Positions 29,400 through 44,119 of a stretch of DNA of 64,000 nucleotides are shown here, piece after piece. The notes below the pieces were generated by a model. That model saw only the letters and a list, made by a program, of their open reading frames with translations. It was not told the DNA's origin and searched no databases. The DNA is from the human T2T-CHM13v2.0 reference genome, Homo sapiens, in assembly GCF_009914755.1 (NCBI RefSeq), contig NC_060933.1; one strand, written 5' to 3'. Numbering within the stretch: the first letter of the stretch is position 1; every line of letters begins with the position of its first letter. The position numbers were made by a program, and so were the translations under genes.

Positions 29400-30190
29400 G
29401 CCTCTTCTCCACCCCCATGCCAATCAATCTTCAAGCTTTGTTAACTTTATGTCTTAAAAATCTCTCATACCCACTGACTTCTTTCCAGTCCCTTTGACAC
29501 CACCTAGGTCAGACCACCACACCCCTCTTCACTCCTGGAAGATCCTCCTTCCAGCACCCTGTCTCTACTCCAGCTCTCATTAATATGTTCTCCACTCTAC
29601 AACCAAAGGGATTTTTTTAATGCAAAAGTCATTCCTCTGCTTAAAACTTATATAGGGCTCCTCATTTCTCTACAGTAAAAAAACAAATGTCTTAACACAA
29701 CTCATAGAACTCTGCATAATCTGGACTTTTTTGTCTAGTCTTTACAATACTCCCTTTTGCCCCTGAGCTCCAAAGATGCTTTCTGTCTTTGGGAAACATT
29801 TTCTCCTAACTTCAGTCTATTCATACAATGTCTTCCCTCTGCCAGGAAAAGTCTCAAGAAACCCCATTCTTCCCTGCTTACCTTACCCCACTCCCAACTA
29901 ATTAATTCTATCCCCTTCCTGCAGACAGCAGTTCACAGGACCCTCCACCAGGGGCATCTGCCTCAGTTTCTCAAAGTGGGTTAGTCTCTGTTACTATTAC
30001 ATGTTCATGACACTTCAACTTTTCCTGTGTAGCACTTATCCCAGCTTGCCTCTATATTCTTATTTCTATTATAACATAATTAATATATGAAGGATTCTGT
30101 GTTCTGAGAGGGCAACCATTATATGTTTGCTGAACACATAGTCCTGGCTTTTCACAGAGTACATTGCGTGAATAGTTTTGAATGAATGAA
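29400..30190 (+). mobile_element. L2 3' region
   Basis: TTCCTCTGCTTAAAAC..CTCTGCATAATCTGG..CTTCCCTCTGCCAGGAA..GTAGCACTTATC..ends TGAATGAATGAA. Confidence 0.75.
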
Positions 30191-31309
30191 CGTGAATTTG
30201 GGCAGTTTGTATTTATTTTCTCAATCTTTTGTTATCTACAAAATTGAGCTAAGATTATTTTTCTGCCTATTCAAAATATACATGGATGAGACAAATGAGA
30301 TCACATATCTGATAAGGGCAATGCAGGTAAAGCATGGACTGGCACAATGCTGACTGAGCATAATAGGTGCTCAGAAAAATCTATTATCATTACTGATGCA
30401 ATTATCACTGTTATTGTAGATATTCAAAAATGTCAGCTTCTACTTTGTCCCGTTTCTCACCCCGTCTAAAGAGAATTTCCTGCAAAAGTTGATTGGTAAT
30501 CCCCTCTTTTTCCGACAAATCACCTGCATTATGCATGTTGAATTCAGTACAACAAAATGCATGTATTTTGTTATTCACTAATTAATCCATGTTTGTAAAT
30601 CTTGTCCCTCCTTAAGGGTAAGGACTGTCATATGGATCCATTTTATCACTGGCTGCACTCACCTGAGTGGACAGGGTGTTGCAGATATTTGATGGATTGA
30701 TTCAGGAGACAGTAGTAAAGTTAACTCTGTAATTCAGACGTCAGTAGCTTGCAGTTTCTAGTGGAGATATCAGTAGCTCAAGTCTGTTTATAGGAAAGCT
30801 AATCATATTCAAAGATAAAGCCAGGGTTTTTAAACCGAGGAGGAAAATAGAATGTTTTAAGAAGAATTTTGGAATCAGTTTATTATTAGTCTTCAGTAGG
30901 ATGAGAAAAATTCACAAAATAGAGTAAGCTGCAACCTAAACATACTTGACTTGGAGAGAATTCTAGTGATGGTGTGAAGAGGATGATGAGTCCTTTCTGC
31001 AATAATAAGTGTACAACTAAACGCATTAAATTTACTCAAATACTAACTTTATAAGAGAGCAAGAAAGAGATTATAAAAATATATTTACTTTAGGAAATTG
31101 TCTCAACAGTCCATTCATGTGTGTACACTCCAGAGGGCCTATGCTATGTATGAAAAGTCTGAATCAGCTGTTCTTGAAGCATGGTTTGAGCACCTTGCCA
31201 TGATGAGGTGTTTCTGATGTTTAAAGAAATAAATAACTGTACACCATGGCTCCTAAATCAAGTCAGCAAAGGAGATAAGGAATGGCATTGTGTTATTACC
31301 TATAGCAGG

Positions 31310-31550
31310 CAATGGAGCATAGTAATGAAGAACATGGCATTTTGGAGCCAAATGGATCAGTTTCAACTCCTGTAACTGCCACTTGTTAACAATAGGACAC
31401 TAGAGAAGGGACTTAACATTTCAGTGACTCACTTTACTCATCTACAAAATGGGGCTGATCGTTGGACTTCCTCATAAGATTGAATGCATTACTATATAAA
31501 GTATTTGGCACATAGTAAGTACTATATATGTAGTGGTTGTAATTGTTATT
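31310..31550 (+). mobile_element. MIR SINE
   Basis: GCATAGTAATGAAGAACATGGCATTTTGGAGCCA..CTCATCTACAAAATGGGG..TGGCACATAGTAAGTACT. Confidence 0.8.
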
Positions 31551-33384
31551 ATTTGAGAAATTTTCAAAGGTAGTTTAGAACATAGACAATTTTTGCTTTA
31601 CACACTGGCTATGGAACCAACCCCTGAGGCAGATGCAGTGTTTCTGAATCTATATGATAGTTACACATAATTTTAGATAATTATTAAAGCAGGTCCTTCA
31701 TAGACCTAGTTAAAGTAGCAATTTTTCAACTCAATTCAAATAACTGCCTTTTATTGTTTCTCTACACTCTTTAAAGGGACGTAAGATGTACCCGTATTTG
31801 ATACAATTCTGTTTTTTTAAAGTACTATAAAACTGACTTGTCATTAATTCCTACTTTCTAGCCACCTCCAATGTGATCTGAAATACTAAGGAAAATTTGT
31901 TCCACGTTACTCAGCATAAGCACTAGTTGGAAAGTTTGTGACTCACTGTGCGGCTCGAAGCCTCTGTGCCTATCAGCTGCAGTGACATATGGAGAGGAGG
32001 AGGCATTTGGAAGGAAATAAAGCAGAAAAATTCAAAACAAATTGGATTTGGAGACCCTGAGTTCAAATCCAAGATCTGCATTTAACTGTGTAGTTTTGGG
32101 TATGGTAATTAATCTTTGAAGCTTAATTTACTTATCTGGAAAATGGGAGTTGATAGTGGCATATGTTTTATGAGATTCATTGAGATAATGGATGGATATC
32201 ATGTGCACAATGTAACTGACTCATAAGGACTAAGTAAATACCAGCAATTATTACAAAAGCACCTTTACCTACATCCTAATGTGGACATCCGAGTTCTCCT
32301 ATGTTCATTTAGGTGTTGTTTATTGAGTGAAATGATACTCGAAGCTGGGACCCATTCCCTAGACAGTTTGTGAGACTCTTATCCTCCGGGGCAGGTCCTT
32401 CCTCCTGACCAGGACCATCCAAAATGATACTTTTCTATAATTTTTGTGCATCTGTCAATCTTCTCTCTTAGAATTGTAAGCGTCCTTGGGTCAAGGGTAG
32501 TTTAACTGAGAAACCCTTTTAAGAATGTAACTGAGCATTAGTCTCTGCCAGCCATTCCTTTAGGAAAAGATGCTCACCGGTTAACAGATTCCAAACTTGA
32601 TGTCAGTTCTTCATTGCCCAAGATAAATAAAGCAGTATATGGAGATGATCTCAGTCAACATTCCACCCATCTCTTAAAACCCAACTCAAAAGCTACCTCT
32701 GTGTGAAATTATTTGTGATCCTTTTCAGCCTAAACTAAGCACTTCCTCCTCTGAACTCCTCTGCACATCTTTTGACCATCTTCCATTAACACCTCTTCAC
32801 ATGACTCATTAGAAAAAAAGCTATAGCTATATATTTCTTACCTCAGTTTCAAGGAGGAAATAGATGAGAGTTATTCAAAGTATATGTATATATATATATA
32901 TACTTTTTCAGACATGTATAAATTAGAACCCCAACTTCTTTACCTGTTTTCTGAGTGATAATGAAAAAGCTAGAGTTTAAACTTCTGGAAAGCAGGCAAC
33001 AGGATGTGGCCAGAAGTTACCAACATATATCCAATGGATACTAAATGAAGAAGGACCCTCTGTGCATTCATTGGGTCCAGCTTCAATAGGATTGAATATT
33101 TGGTAGCGATTCCACGGAAACCTTATCAAATATTCTTTGTTTAACCTCTGGACACTACAAATAAATGAGGCGTGGGCTCTGATCTCTTACCTATTTCCTT
33201 AGGCTCCCTTTGGCTTCAAGGCTCTTTAGAGTTGAGTTTCTATGAGAACTGAGTTCCTGTTCCATCTCTCAACTTTGCCATTTACTCTGAGACTTAGATC
33301 AAGTAAGTCAGCTCTTTAAGCCTTAGTTTATTATATAAAAAGAAGAATATCTTCCTTATAATTTTTGTGAGGATTCATCTAGAC

Positions 33385-33620
33385 CAGCAGATTCTTAAGA
33401 ATTTTCTGTAAAATGTTTATTACAGAAAATATAATAAGTATTCTGGGGAAAAAAATGTCATGGTCAAATGTATTTGGGAATTGCTGTATTAAACAAAATT
33501 AAACAGATTTATTTCAGGTAGAACTTTGTAAAACTTCTATATGTTAATATAAATTATGAATCTCTAGAGAAGATATGTAAGATTTAATGTCTCCCAAAAA
33601 CATTAATCAAAGAAATATGT
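33385..33620. mobile_element. hAT-Charlie-derived fragment (MER113-like)
   Basis: CATGGTCAAATGTATTTGGGAATTGCTGTATTAAACAAAATTAAACAG..ATGAATCTCTAGA; name from recall. Confidence 0.45.
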
Positions 33621-33724
33621 GGATCCAATGTCTTCCAAAAATATTGATAATGAAATCATTGGTAGCCAGGTTCTTATTTACAGGCAATAGAGCCAAACTC
33701 AGAATAGGGAGGCAGGGTGGAAGC

Positions 33725-33726
<2 letters not shown>

Positions 33727-33766
<40 letters not shown>

Positions 33767-33796
33767 GAGAGACAGAGAGAGACAGAGAGAGAGAGA
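33727..33796. repeat. (GA)n microsatellite with GACA interruptions
   Basis: Directly visible; ~70-bp near-pure purine tract. Confidence 0.97.
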
Positions 33797-34042
33797 ATGA
33801 ATGAATATATATGTATTTTTTTCTTTTAAAGAAGGGCCTAGATTCAGAAGTTCAAACACAGTCATTAAGACTGAGTCCCTGTTTATTTCTGGGTTCTAAT
33901 TATTGTCAAGTTTTTATTCTGTTATTACAGTATTGGGTCCTTTACCCATCTCTGAACTAACCAATGATGATTATAGTCAGATTGATACAATGCTCTGATT
34001 AAATATATCTATCTCTGGACCTTAAGATAAAATCATTTCCAG

Positions 34043-34351
<309 letters not shown>

Positions 34352-35859
34352 AAGATAAAATAATTTCCATATTACCTACATCAATTAAGAGTAGGAATTG
34401 AATAATTTTGGCATCCTATTTTCAAAATGGAAACACATAAGTTAGGAATTACAGGATGTATGCTATAGAATCATACCCTCTCCTTTTGGATTGAACTTCA
34501 AATGAAACAAAGACACAACACTTTTTGGAAAATGTAAGTTAGATGGTTGTGTACAGGGTCCTGGCCATAAGAGATCCTCATGAAATGTCAACTCCTTTCC
34601 TTTGTCACTCCTTCTATGCTATTTTAGTGTCTTAGTGAGCCAATCAAACAATTTGGGAAGCCCTGTTAACACCTAAATATCAATCCAGGTATCAATTCTT
34701 AGAATCTAAATCAAATCCCCAAGCACTCAAAAAAGTTCTTTAAGCATGGTCATGAACTCAGTACTATAGGATGCCTAACTATATTCTACTGAGTATTCTT
34801 TAATTGAATACATCAAAAATAGCTGTGCTTCCATATACCACACACCATACAGTTCCTCAGAGTTTTACATATTTATTAGTTTAAATGCCATAGGAGAAAG
34901 ACTTTCAAAAAATTTTCCCCAATCCATTATTAAGATTTTTTTCATTCGCTCTGAAGACATTAATACTTCAAGGTGGCCTTGACCTGTTTCTTCTCTACTC
35001 TACCCTAACTGCTTTGAGCCCCCACGTTACCTTTCTCACCTCTTCATACTTCTCTTGATTGACCTTTCATACTTTCCTTGGCCAATCTCTCTATTGCATT
35101 AGTGCAGCCTCTGTTTGCTGCCTTCTTTTGGATTTTTATCTATCTATCTTTGCCAACCTGCACATCCTCTTGGACTCCTGTATCTCCCTTCTTAAATGTC
35201 TTTCTTTTCTAACCTTAGTCCTTGCTATGGCATTGCATTCATAAATATTGTTTCCACCAGTTGTTAGCCATGTGACCTTTTGTTTGCAGAAATCATATCC
35301 ATATTCATAAGCTGCTAGGCATATTTTATAAATCAGAATTCATTGTGAAATACATTAACCCCTCCTATTGTCTCAGCTTGCCAGTTAGAGGAAATCATAG
35401 TCTCTTGCAGTTTTGTTCCAAAAAATAAGAGTTCACTTCAACTCCTACTAAAGGGAAGAGACCAATAAATCACAACCCTGCTAACCTGCTGGCAATTCTG
35501 TCTTACCAGCAGCTCTCTGATTGCAGGGAAACAATAATAATAATGGAATTGCAGATACAAATACACTTTTCATTTGGAGGTTTCCCTCCTTATACTAAAA
35601 CACGTTAGCATCTGGAACGATTGTCAAGCATCCAATTCTGTTATCCAAGAACCAGGAAGGTCATTCAGCCAAGAACTAGAGCTAAGTTACTGACTTTTAC
35701 AATAAAAGTAAAGAGAAGATGAGAAGTAGTGTCTATTGTGACTTCATCACATTAACACTGAGTTAGGTTATTAGACTTATCTGACCTTCAAAATGATTGC
35801 GTGTATATACCCACACACATAATTTATGCATACTATTTATAAAATAGTACTAATAATAT

Positions 35860-36437
35860 GGCATCTCAGGCTACCATAACAAAATCCCATAGAATGGGTA
35901 GCATTAACAACAGAAATTGATTTCTCACTGTTCAACAGAAATTGATTTCTCACTCATCTATTCTTTTAGCAATTTTGAAATATACGACGCATTATTATTA
36001 ACTGTCGTCACCATGCAGTGCAATAGATCTGGAAGTAAAGATAATAAGAATTTCTGTTCTGCAGACTTTCCAGAAGGTTTGTTCAATCACATCAGACCAT
36101 AAGGAACAAAGTGTTTGGGGGCCCATAAAGTGTTATGCAAAGGTTAGTGGAAGGAAGTCCCAGATCACAGTGCTAGAATAGTCTAGTTCTGACAAGGAAT
36201 CTCTTCCTGGCTTACAGGCAACCATCCTCTCCCTGTGTCTTCACATGATGCAGAGTGAGAGAGTTCTAGTCTCTTCTTCTTCTTATGAGGACACTAATCC
36301 TATGGTGGGGCCCCATCCTTGTGACCTCATCTAAACCTAATTGTCTCCTAAAGGCCCCGCCTCATCATACCACCATATTGGGGCTCAAAGTTTCAACATA
36401 TGAATTTGGGGTAAGACACAAACATTCAGTCCATAAC
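35860..36437 (-). mobile_element. MLT1A-type solo LTR carrying a ~220-bp templated insertion
   Basis: GGCTACCATAACAAAATCCCATAGAATGGG..CAACAGAAATTGATTTCTCACTGTTC; resumes TGGAAGGAAGTCCCAGATC..TTTCAACATATGAATTTGGGG..AAACATTCAGTCCATAACA. Confidence 0.88.
35956..36148 (+). repeat. Direct-orientation copy (193 bp) of 38034-38220
   Basis: Manual alignment: 6 substitutions and one 6-bp indel over 187 aligned bases. Confidence 0.97.
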
Positions 36438-36859
36438 AATATGCAATCCTGATTCTTACAGAAGAGGATACTAAGGCTCTGACATAGCCCAAGGTTACAC
36501 AGTGAGTGAGTAGAGTGAGTTATAGACCCCAGTCTTTCTGGCTTAGAAGTCCAGATACATTTCAAGACTGATTTTTAAAAAATAAAAAATTATATAATAA
36601 AATAATTCAAGCTCTCTGTAAACTCTTATAATCATGAGAAGCCCACTTCCTCTTAATACATCTTGGTGTTTTCATAGTGTAGGAGGCAAAGCTTGGGTTG
36701 AGAAATATAGTTTCCCAAGATTTAGACTTGTCTCTCTCTCCAGTAAACAACTTTCTTTCTCTGAGACTCCTCATCTTCTAAACAGTGAAGTTAGAAAGTG
36801 TTAGGGGGTGTTAGGAGGTCTTTGTTCTGAATTATTAAAGCTCTCATTGGTAGAATAGT

Positions 36860-37040
36860 CTCAATGTGCCAGAAATTCCAGTAAGTGTTAATTTAACTTT
36901 CTCATTTGCAACAGACACTTTTATGGATGAGGTAAATGAGGGCTCAAGAGGTTAAGTAACTAGGCCAAGTTAATCCAACTAGCAAGGAGTAGGAATTTAA
37001 ACCCAGATCTGACCCCAAGCCTACGTCTCAACCACAATTC
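36860..37040 (-). mobile_element. MIR SINE
   Basis: CTTTTATGGATGAGGTAAATGAGGGCTCAAGAGGTTAAGTAACT..AGGAATTTAAACCCAGATCTGACCCCAAGCC. Confidence 0.8.
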
Positions 37041-37881
37041 CTTACAACAGTTTAAATATTCTTTTCAGGAGAGTACTCATTCTTCTTAAAAGATAAAAGA
37101 CATCTCCAAGTGTGATCTTATAAATGAAAATGACCATGAAACTATTATCCCATTGATCTGTCTTCTACAAACACAGTCCGTCAAAATGAAAGACATAGGC
37201 AGTCAGACTCCAAGGTCAAATCCAAGCTACCACTAAGTTCCATCATTAGTTCATTCATCTGACTATAATCAGAAGATGAAGAGACTAGAGTTTAGCTTCT
37301 GGGATTTAAACTTGTGGTTCCCAGGAATCTCACAGGATGTTACATGCGCTCCACTGATTAGGTCCTCCCACTGACTCTCTCTGCCTCACTGACTATGTGA
37401 CATTTGTGTTAGTTCTATACATGCTACAGTTATACTATGAATATTGTGCACTCTGGTAAAATCTTTCAGTTTCATATATCAGGCTGCTGTACCAACAGTA
37501 ATTAATTAGGCCTTACAACCCCTGATGAGATTATTAAGTATAAACACAGCCTTGTGCGTGGCCCAGGGAATTTTGTCATCAGAAGTTGTAAGTTCAATTC
37601 ACACCTTCACAATGGACCTCAGGCTACTGGTACAAAGGCTATCAGAAAGATAAAAAAGGATGATATTATGATTCAGATCATGAATTTTCTCCTATGGAGC
37701 AAAAAGGGAAATATTCTTGACATACAGAATTCAGTTTGTAGAGTGATGGTCACCCAAGGAGTGCTGGAGTTGAGGACAGAAGATAAAGGTCTTCGACCTG
37801 CCATTGACACCAAGTTACAGCAGTGCTGTTGTCCGTGTGGCCTTGGGCAAGCATGTTAAACTCCCTAAACATCAACTTCTT

Positions 37882-38108
37882 ATTAATTTATTTTTAACTG
37901 AAAAATAATAATTGTGTATATGTATGGGGTACAATGTGATGTCTTGATCTATGCCTACATTGTAGAAAGATTCAAGGAAGCTAATTAACATATTCCTCAC
38001 CTCACCAACTTCTTTGTGGCAAGAACATTAAAAATCTATTCTTTTAGCAATTTTGAAAAATACAATACATTATTATTAAGTGTCGTCACCATGCAGTGCA
38101 ATAGATCT
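37882..38108 (-). mobile_element. Short L1MA (L1MA8/9-like) 3' end inserted into a MIR
   Basis: AATTGTGTATATGTATGGGGTACAATGTGATG..AAGCTAATTAACATA..GTCACCATGCAGTGCAATAGATCT; MIR-like sequence on both sides. Confidence 0.88.
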
Positions 38109-38220
38109 GGAAGTAAAGATAATAAGAATTTCTGTTCTGCAGACTTTCCAGAAGGTTTGTACAATCACATCAGACCATAAGGAACAAAGGGGGCCCATAA
38201 AGTGTTATGCAAAGGTTAGT
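38034..38220 (+). repeat. Probable donor of the 35956-36148 copy (spans the L1MA/flank junction)
   Basis: Collinear with the surrounding L1MA and MIR sequence. Confidence 0.9.
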
Positions 38221-38802
38221 ATTTGCATGCCACTATGACTTGAGCTCATGATGACCTGCTGGATATAAAAATCAGTTTAATTTCATATGCTATGCTCCTA
38301 CTGAGTATTGAGCACCTAGGTCTCCTGAATATGGAAGATGCAAAGGTGAATACAATCATTCTCTGAGGGCTTTCTGCCTCTTTGGGTCTATGCAAGAAAA
38401 CTATGACGGCAAATATTAAAATGTTAATTAGCACTGGTTGCATTTCTATAATCATTCTCTATTTTTTTTTTTTTTTTTTTGCGTTTCATGGACAGTGCAA
38501 ACACAACTACAATATGTGATATAGCCAGCCCCCATGAGAGGGGGTATGATTTTCTGTAACAGAGAATAAGATCCTACTAACACATCACAGAGGACAAAAG
38601 CGGTATATATCCAAAGTTGGTTATTTGCAGTTGAAATATAAACAGCTTCTCTTGCTTAATAATATACTACCTGTATTGCTCACTCTGAATCTTTTTTGTC
38701 AAACTGATATGCTAAACTGTCTATATATAGCATTATGCCAAAATCAATGTTTAAAGCATGCATAACATCTGAGGACTTCTTATTTCTAAAAACAGTTTGG
38801 TT

Positions 38803-39168
38803 ATTATTGTGGACCAAATGTTTTTGTCCCCCCAAAATTCATATGTTGAAATTCTAACTCCCAATGTGACGGTAGTAGAACACAGGGCCTTTGGGAGGTA
38901 ATTAAGTCTTGAGTGTAGAGCCCTCGTGAATGGGATTAATGCCTTACAAAAAGGACCCCAGAGTGCTCTCTCTCATCCTCTTTCCACCATATGAGGATAC
39001 AACTAGAAGATGGCAGTCTGTACCCAGAAGAGGGCCCTCTTAGAACAGACCATGCTAGCACCCTGATCTGGGGCTCCCAGCCTTCAGCACTGGGATAAAT
39101 AAATTCTATTGTTTATCTACCACCTGGTCTATGGTACTTTTCTGGAATAGCCCTAACTGGTGCAGGTA
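38803..39168 (+). mobile_element. MLT1A0-type solo LTR
   Basis: TGTCCCCCAAAATTCATATGTTGAAATTCTAACTCCCAATGTGA..GGGCCTTTGGGAGGTAATTA..GAATGGGATTAATGCCTT..GGTCTATGGTACTTT. Confidence 0.9.
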
Positions 39169-39329
39169 TAAATTTGATATGTATGATGATTCTTGTTACA
39201 CTATTAAGAAAAAGGAAACAATTTCTCACAGAGATGCTGGGTGGAAAATTGAAGTCCTCTGATTCCTTTCCTCATTATTAATAAAGTATTTAATTAAGAA
39301 ATAATGTATTAATTTAACAAATCTTTATT

Positions 39330-39995
39330 GAGCATTGCTGGTAGAAGTATCAAATGGTATAAGTACTTTGAAAAGCAGTGGGGCAAACCCTTATAAAGAT
39401 TCTCATAGAGGTGTGTACAAATATACACCTATGCCATGACTCAACAATCTCCTCAATAGAAATGAAAATGTCTCTTTGCCCCAAAGAAATGAAAATATGT
39501 ATGCACAAAAAAGACTTATATAGGAATGTTCATGCACCTTTATCTTAAATCACTAAAGACTGGAAACATGTCCATCAACAGTAGAATGAAGGAACAAAAT
39601 ATGATATATCCCTACTACGCAGTACTACTCAGCAATACTAATAAACTATTAGTATCTGCAGTGTCAGTGCATCTCAGAGACATTACACTGAACAAGAGTT
39701 ACTAGACTTAGGAGGAGATGCTGTATGATTCTACTTACACGTAGTTTTAGAATAGGTAAATTAATCTAGAGTAATAGAAATCAGATTACTGATTGCCTGG
39801 AGTCAGGGGTGGGGAATTCAGTGGCAAAGGACACAATGGATCTTTCGGGGATGATGGATGTAGTCTCTATTTTAACCAAGGTGGTGATCATAGGTATGTA
39901 CACATAATTAAAACTCATTGAATTGTATAGAGTACTTAAAATGAACACATTTATCTTACTGTGTGTAAATTATGCCTCAATAAAACTGATTTTAA
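39330..39995 (+). mobile_element. L1ME/L1MB-type 3' end
   Basis: CCCAAAGAAATGAAAATATGT..ATGTCCATCAACAGTAGAATG..CTGTATGATTC..TAGAAATCAGA..AAATTATGCCTCAATAAA. Confidence 0.8.
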
Positions 39996-40289
39996 AGCAT
40001 ATACAAAGATTTTATCACATTAAATGTTGTCAACAACATCCCCTTTCTTCCCTCATAGTCTTAGCTATCTCATTGTTTACTTACTCATTAGAAGGGGCTA
40101 GAAAAAGCCTCCCGCGATTGTGAGTTTAATAATCTACGTGAAATTATGAAACTGTCCAAATCCATGTGGAAATGCTAAGTTTTTGGTTTTTTTAATGGAC
40201 AAAAGGATGACCAAGCATTTGCTCTGATTTGTCAAATCAAAATTGCCCCCTGATGTGGCATTTCATATGACTGGGAATTCAACCAAGCC

Positions 40290-42086
<1,797 letters not shown>

Positions 42087-42134
42087 TCAAAAGTACCTGA
42101 AAGCATTCAAAGCATATTTCTGAAGGAAAAAAGT

Positions 42135-42402
42135 TTGTGTGTGTGTGCATGTGTGTGAGTGTGTGTGCATGTGTGTGTGTGTGTGTGTGTATGTATATAT
42201 GTTCTAACAGGTATATATACGTATATATACATATATATGTGTATATATACGTATATATACATATATATGTGTATATATACGTATATATACACATATATAT
42301 GTGTATATATATGTGTTTGTGTGTGTATATATATACATTATATATGTTCTAACAGGTATATATGTGTGTGTGTATATATATGCACATATGTATGTATGTA
42401 TA
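42135..42402. repeat. Complex (TG)n/(TA)n microsatellite with a ~30-bp higher-order unit
   Basis: GTATATATACGTATATATACATATATATGT repeated about 3 times at 42211-42300, flanked by TG runs. Confidence 0.95.
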
Positions 42403-43599
42403 CCTGTTAGAACCTGCTGTTCATCTGTGTTTAACTTATGGGAACATTGAAATATCTGGTTATCTGGTTCTTAAACTTTCCTAGCAGCATGCCAACCACC
42501 ACTGTCCCCTCCTTCATGTGACATCTGAAGCACAGTGTTATTCCTTTCATGCTTGCAGTGCTGTATAAGCTTCAGCTCTGGATAAAAAGTCACATTTGCT
42601 GAGTGGTCACTCTGTGTCAGGCACTATGCTAAGAGCTCCTCTACAGTCATTATCTGCTTTGCTCCTCAGAACTAGTCTGTGAGAAGGTAATCTTATCCCT
42701 TTTGTATGAATAAAGTGGCAAATTAAATGTCACTCAGGTAACACAGTTATGATATACCTGGGATGTCAACACAAAGACAATGGTGAGAAGCATAGGTGTT
42801 AACCATGGAGCAGTATTGCCTCCTGATGACACAGTGGCTGCCAAAACTTACTGCCAACTTCTGGCTTTTGAGACAGCTAAGATAATATAACTTCTAGCCA
42901 TGGGTTAAGTCATATCATCAGAATAAAGTTATGCAAACATGTGATTTCAGGGCACTGGCGGAAGTGTCATTTCTGTAATTCTCCCCTCTTTTGTGCCCTC
43001 TGATTTGTGGTAGGCCAAGCCTAGGAGTCGACCTTTGAACCATATTCACGTTTTTGTTTTTGTTTTTTTCATAAAATAATGATGGAAGTAGGAAGAGCTC
43101 TGCAATTTGTAGGAACCAGTGCAACAAAGTTCTATTAGGTCTTGATGAGGGGTGAGAATACCAAGTTCACACAGGTTCACTATCCTAACCCACTGCAGAC
43201 AGGCAACACCCCAGGTATTACAACCTCTGAATACAACAGCACACTTTCAGTATCTAGATAAGATGTAGGCAAGAGGCTGCTGCTGAGTTACCCACTAAAT
43301 GCATCACAGTGATGCCAGGTGGAGGCAAAGATGCCCACCACCTCACCCCACCCCAAGGTGCCCAGGGAATATGCCAGAGCTCCACTGAGAAAGAGGCTGA
43401 TGGTGGAACTCAGTCTCCATCCTACCAGTGTGATCTGGTTGCCACTCTGGATTGAAAATGGCAGTAGCCATGGTGTGGAGGTAGGGAGATGGAGGCTGGG
43501 CAGGGCCCAGGTCGCCAGGAATGGAGACTAGGAGCTGAGTACATCCCAAGGAAGCAGAGCCACATGTGAGCAGTGGCTCTCAGAGCTCAGCATGTGCTC

Positions 43600-43748
43600 T
43601 ACTGTCCCATCACACTTCACTTCCAAAAAGCAATTTCAAAGACAAAATTAACAATTTGAGGACAGCAACAGCAGAGCATGAAACCCCATGTATGCAAACC
43701 TTGTGAGTGCAGAGCCCTGTGCTGCACACCCGTGAAGCTAGCCATAGC
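43600..43748. mobile_element. MER91-like hAT-Tip100 fragment
   Basis: CAAAATTAACAATTTGAGGACAGCAACAGCAGAGCATGAAACC..GAGCCCTGTGCTGCACACCCGTGAAGC. Confidence 0.55.
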
Positions 43749-43749
43749 T

Positions 43750-43990
43750 GAAGGCTGTGTGTGCAACCTTAGGAGCATGGATATTGGAATATGACTGCCT
43801 GTATTCAAATCCCAGGCCATTATTTAATAGCTATGCGACTTCTAGCCAGTTTCTCAACCACACTGTGTCTTAGTTTTCTTATCTGTAAAATAGCATCTTT
43901 GGGAAAATTCAGAGTGTAAAATGAATTAAGCACTCAGACTAGTGCCTGGCACAGAGTAAAAATTATATGTGTTAGCTATTTGCTTATTAT
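43750..43990 (+). mobile_element. MIR SINE
   Basis: TAGGAGCATGGATATTGGAA..GACTGCCTGTATTCAAATCCCAGG..TTATCTGTAAAAT..AGTGCCTGGCACAGAGTAA. Confidence 0.85.
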
Positions 43991-44119
43991 TTATTCATAT
44001 TTCCACGCAAATGTCCCAAAGCCCTTGTATGTGTCTCTCTAAGCAAATCTGTTTTTACCATTAATTCGCTGATGTGAGTTAAAACAAGTATGCCTCTCTA
44101 TTTAGTCATCTCCTGCTGC

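Noticed and set aside
42211-42300. 30-bp repeated unit as a CRISPR-like array
   Set aside because: There are no unique spacers; it is a low-complexity TA/CA array in mammalian DNA with no cas genes.
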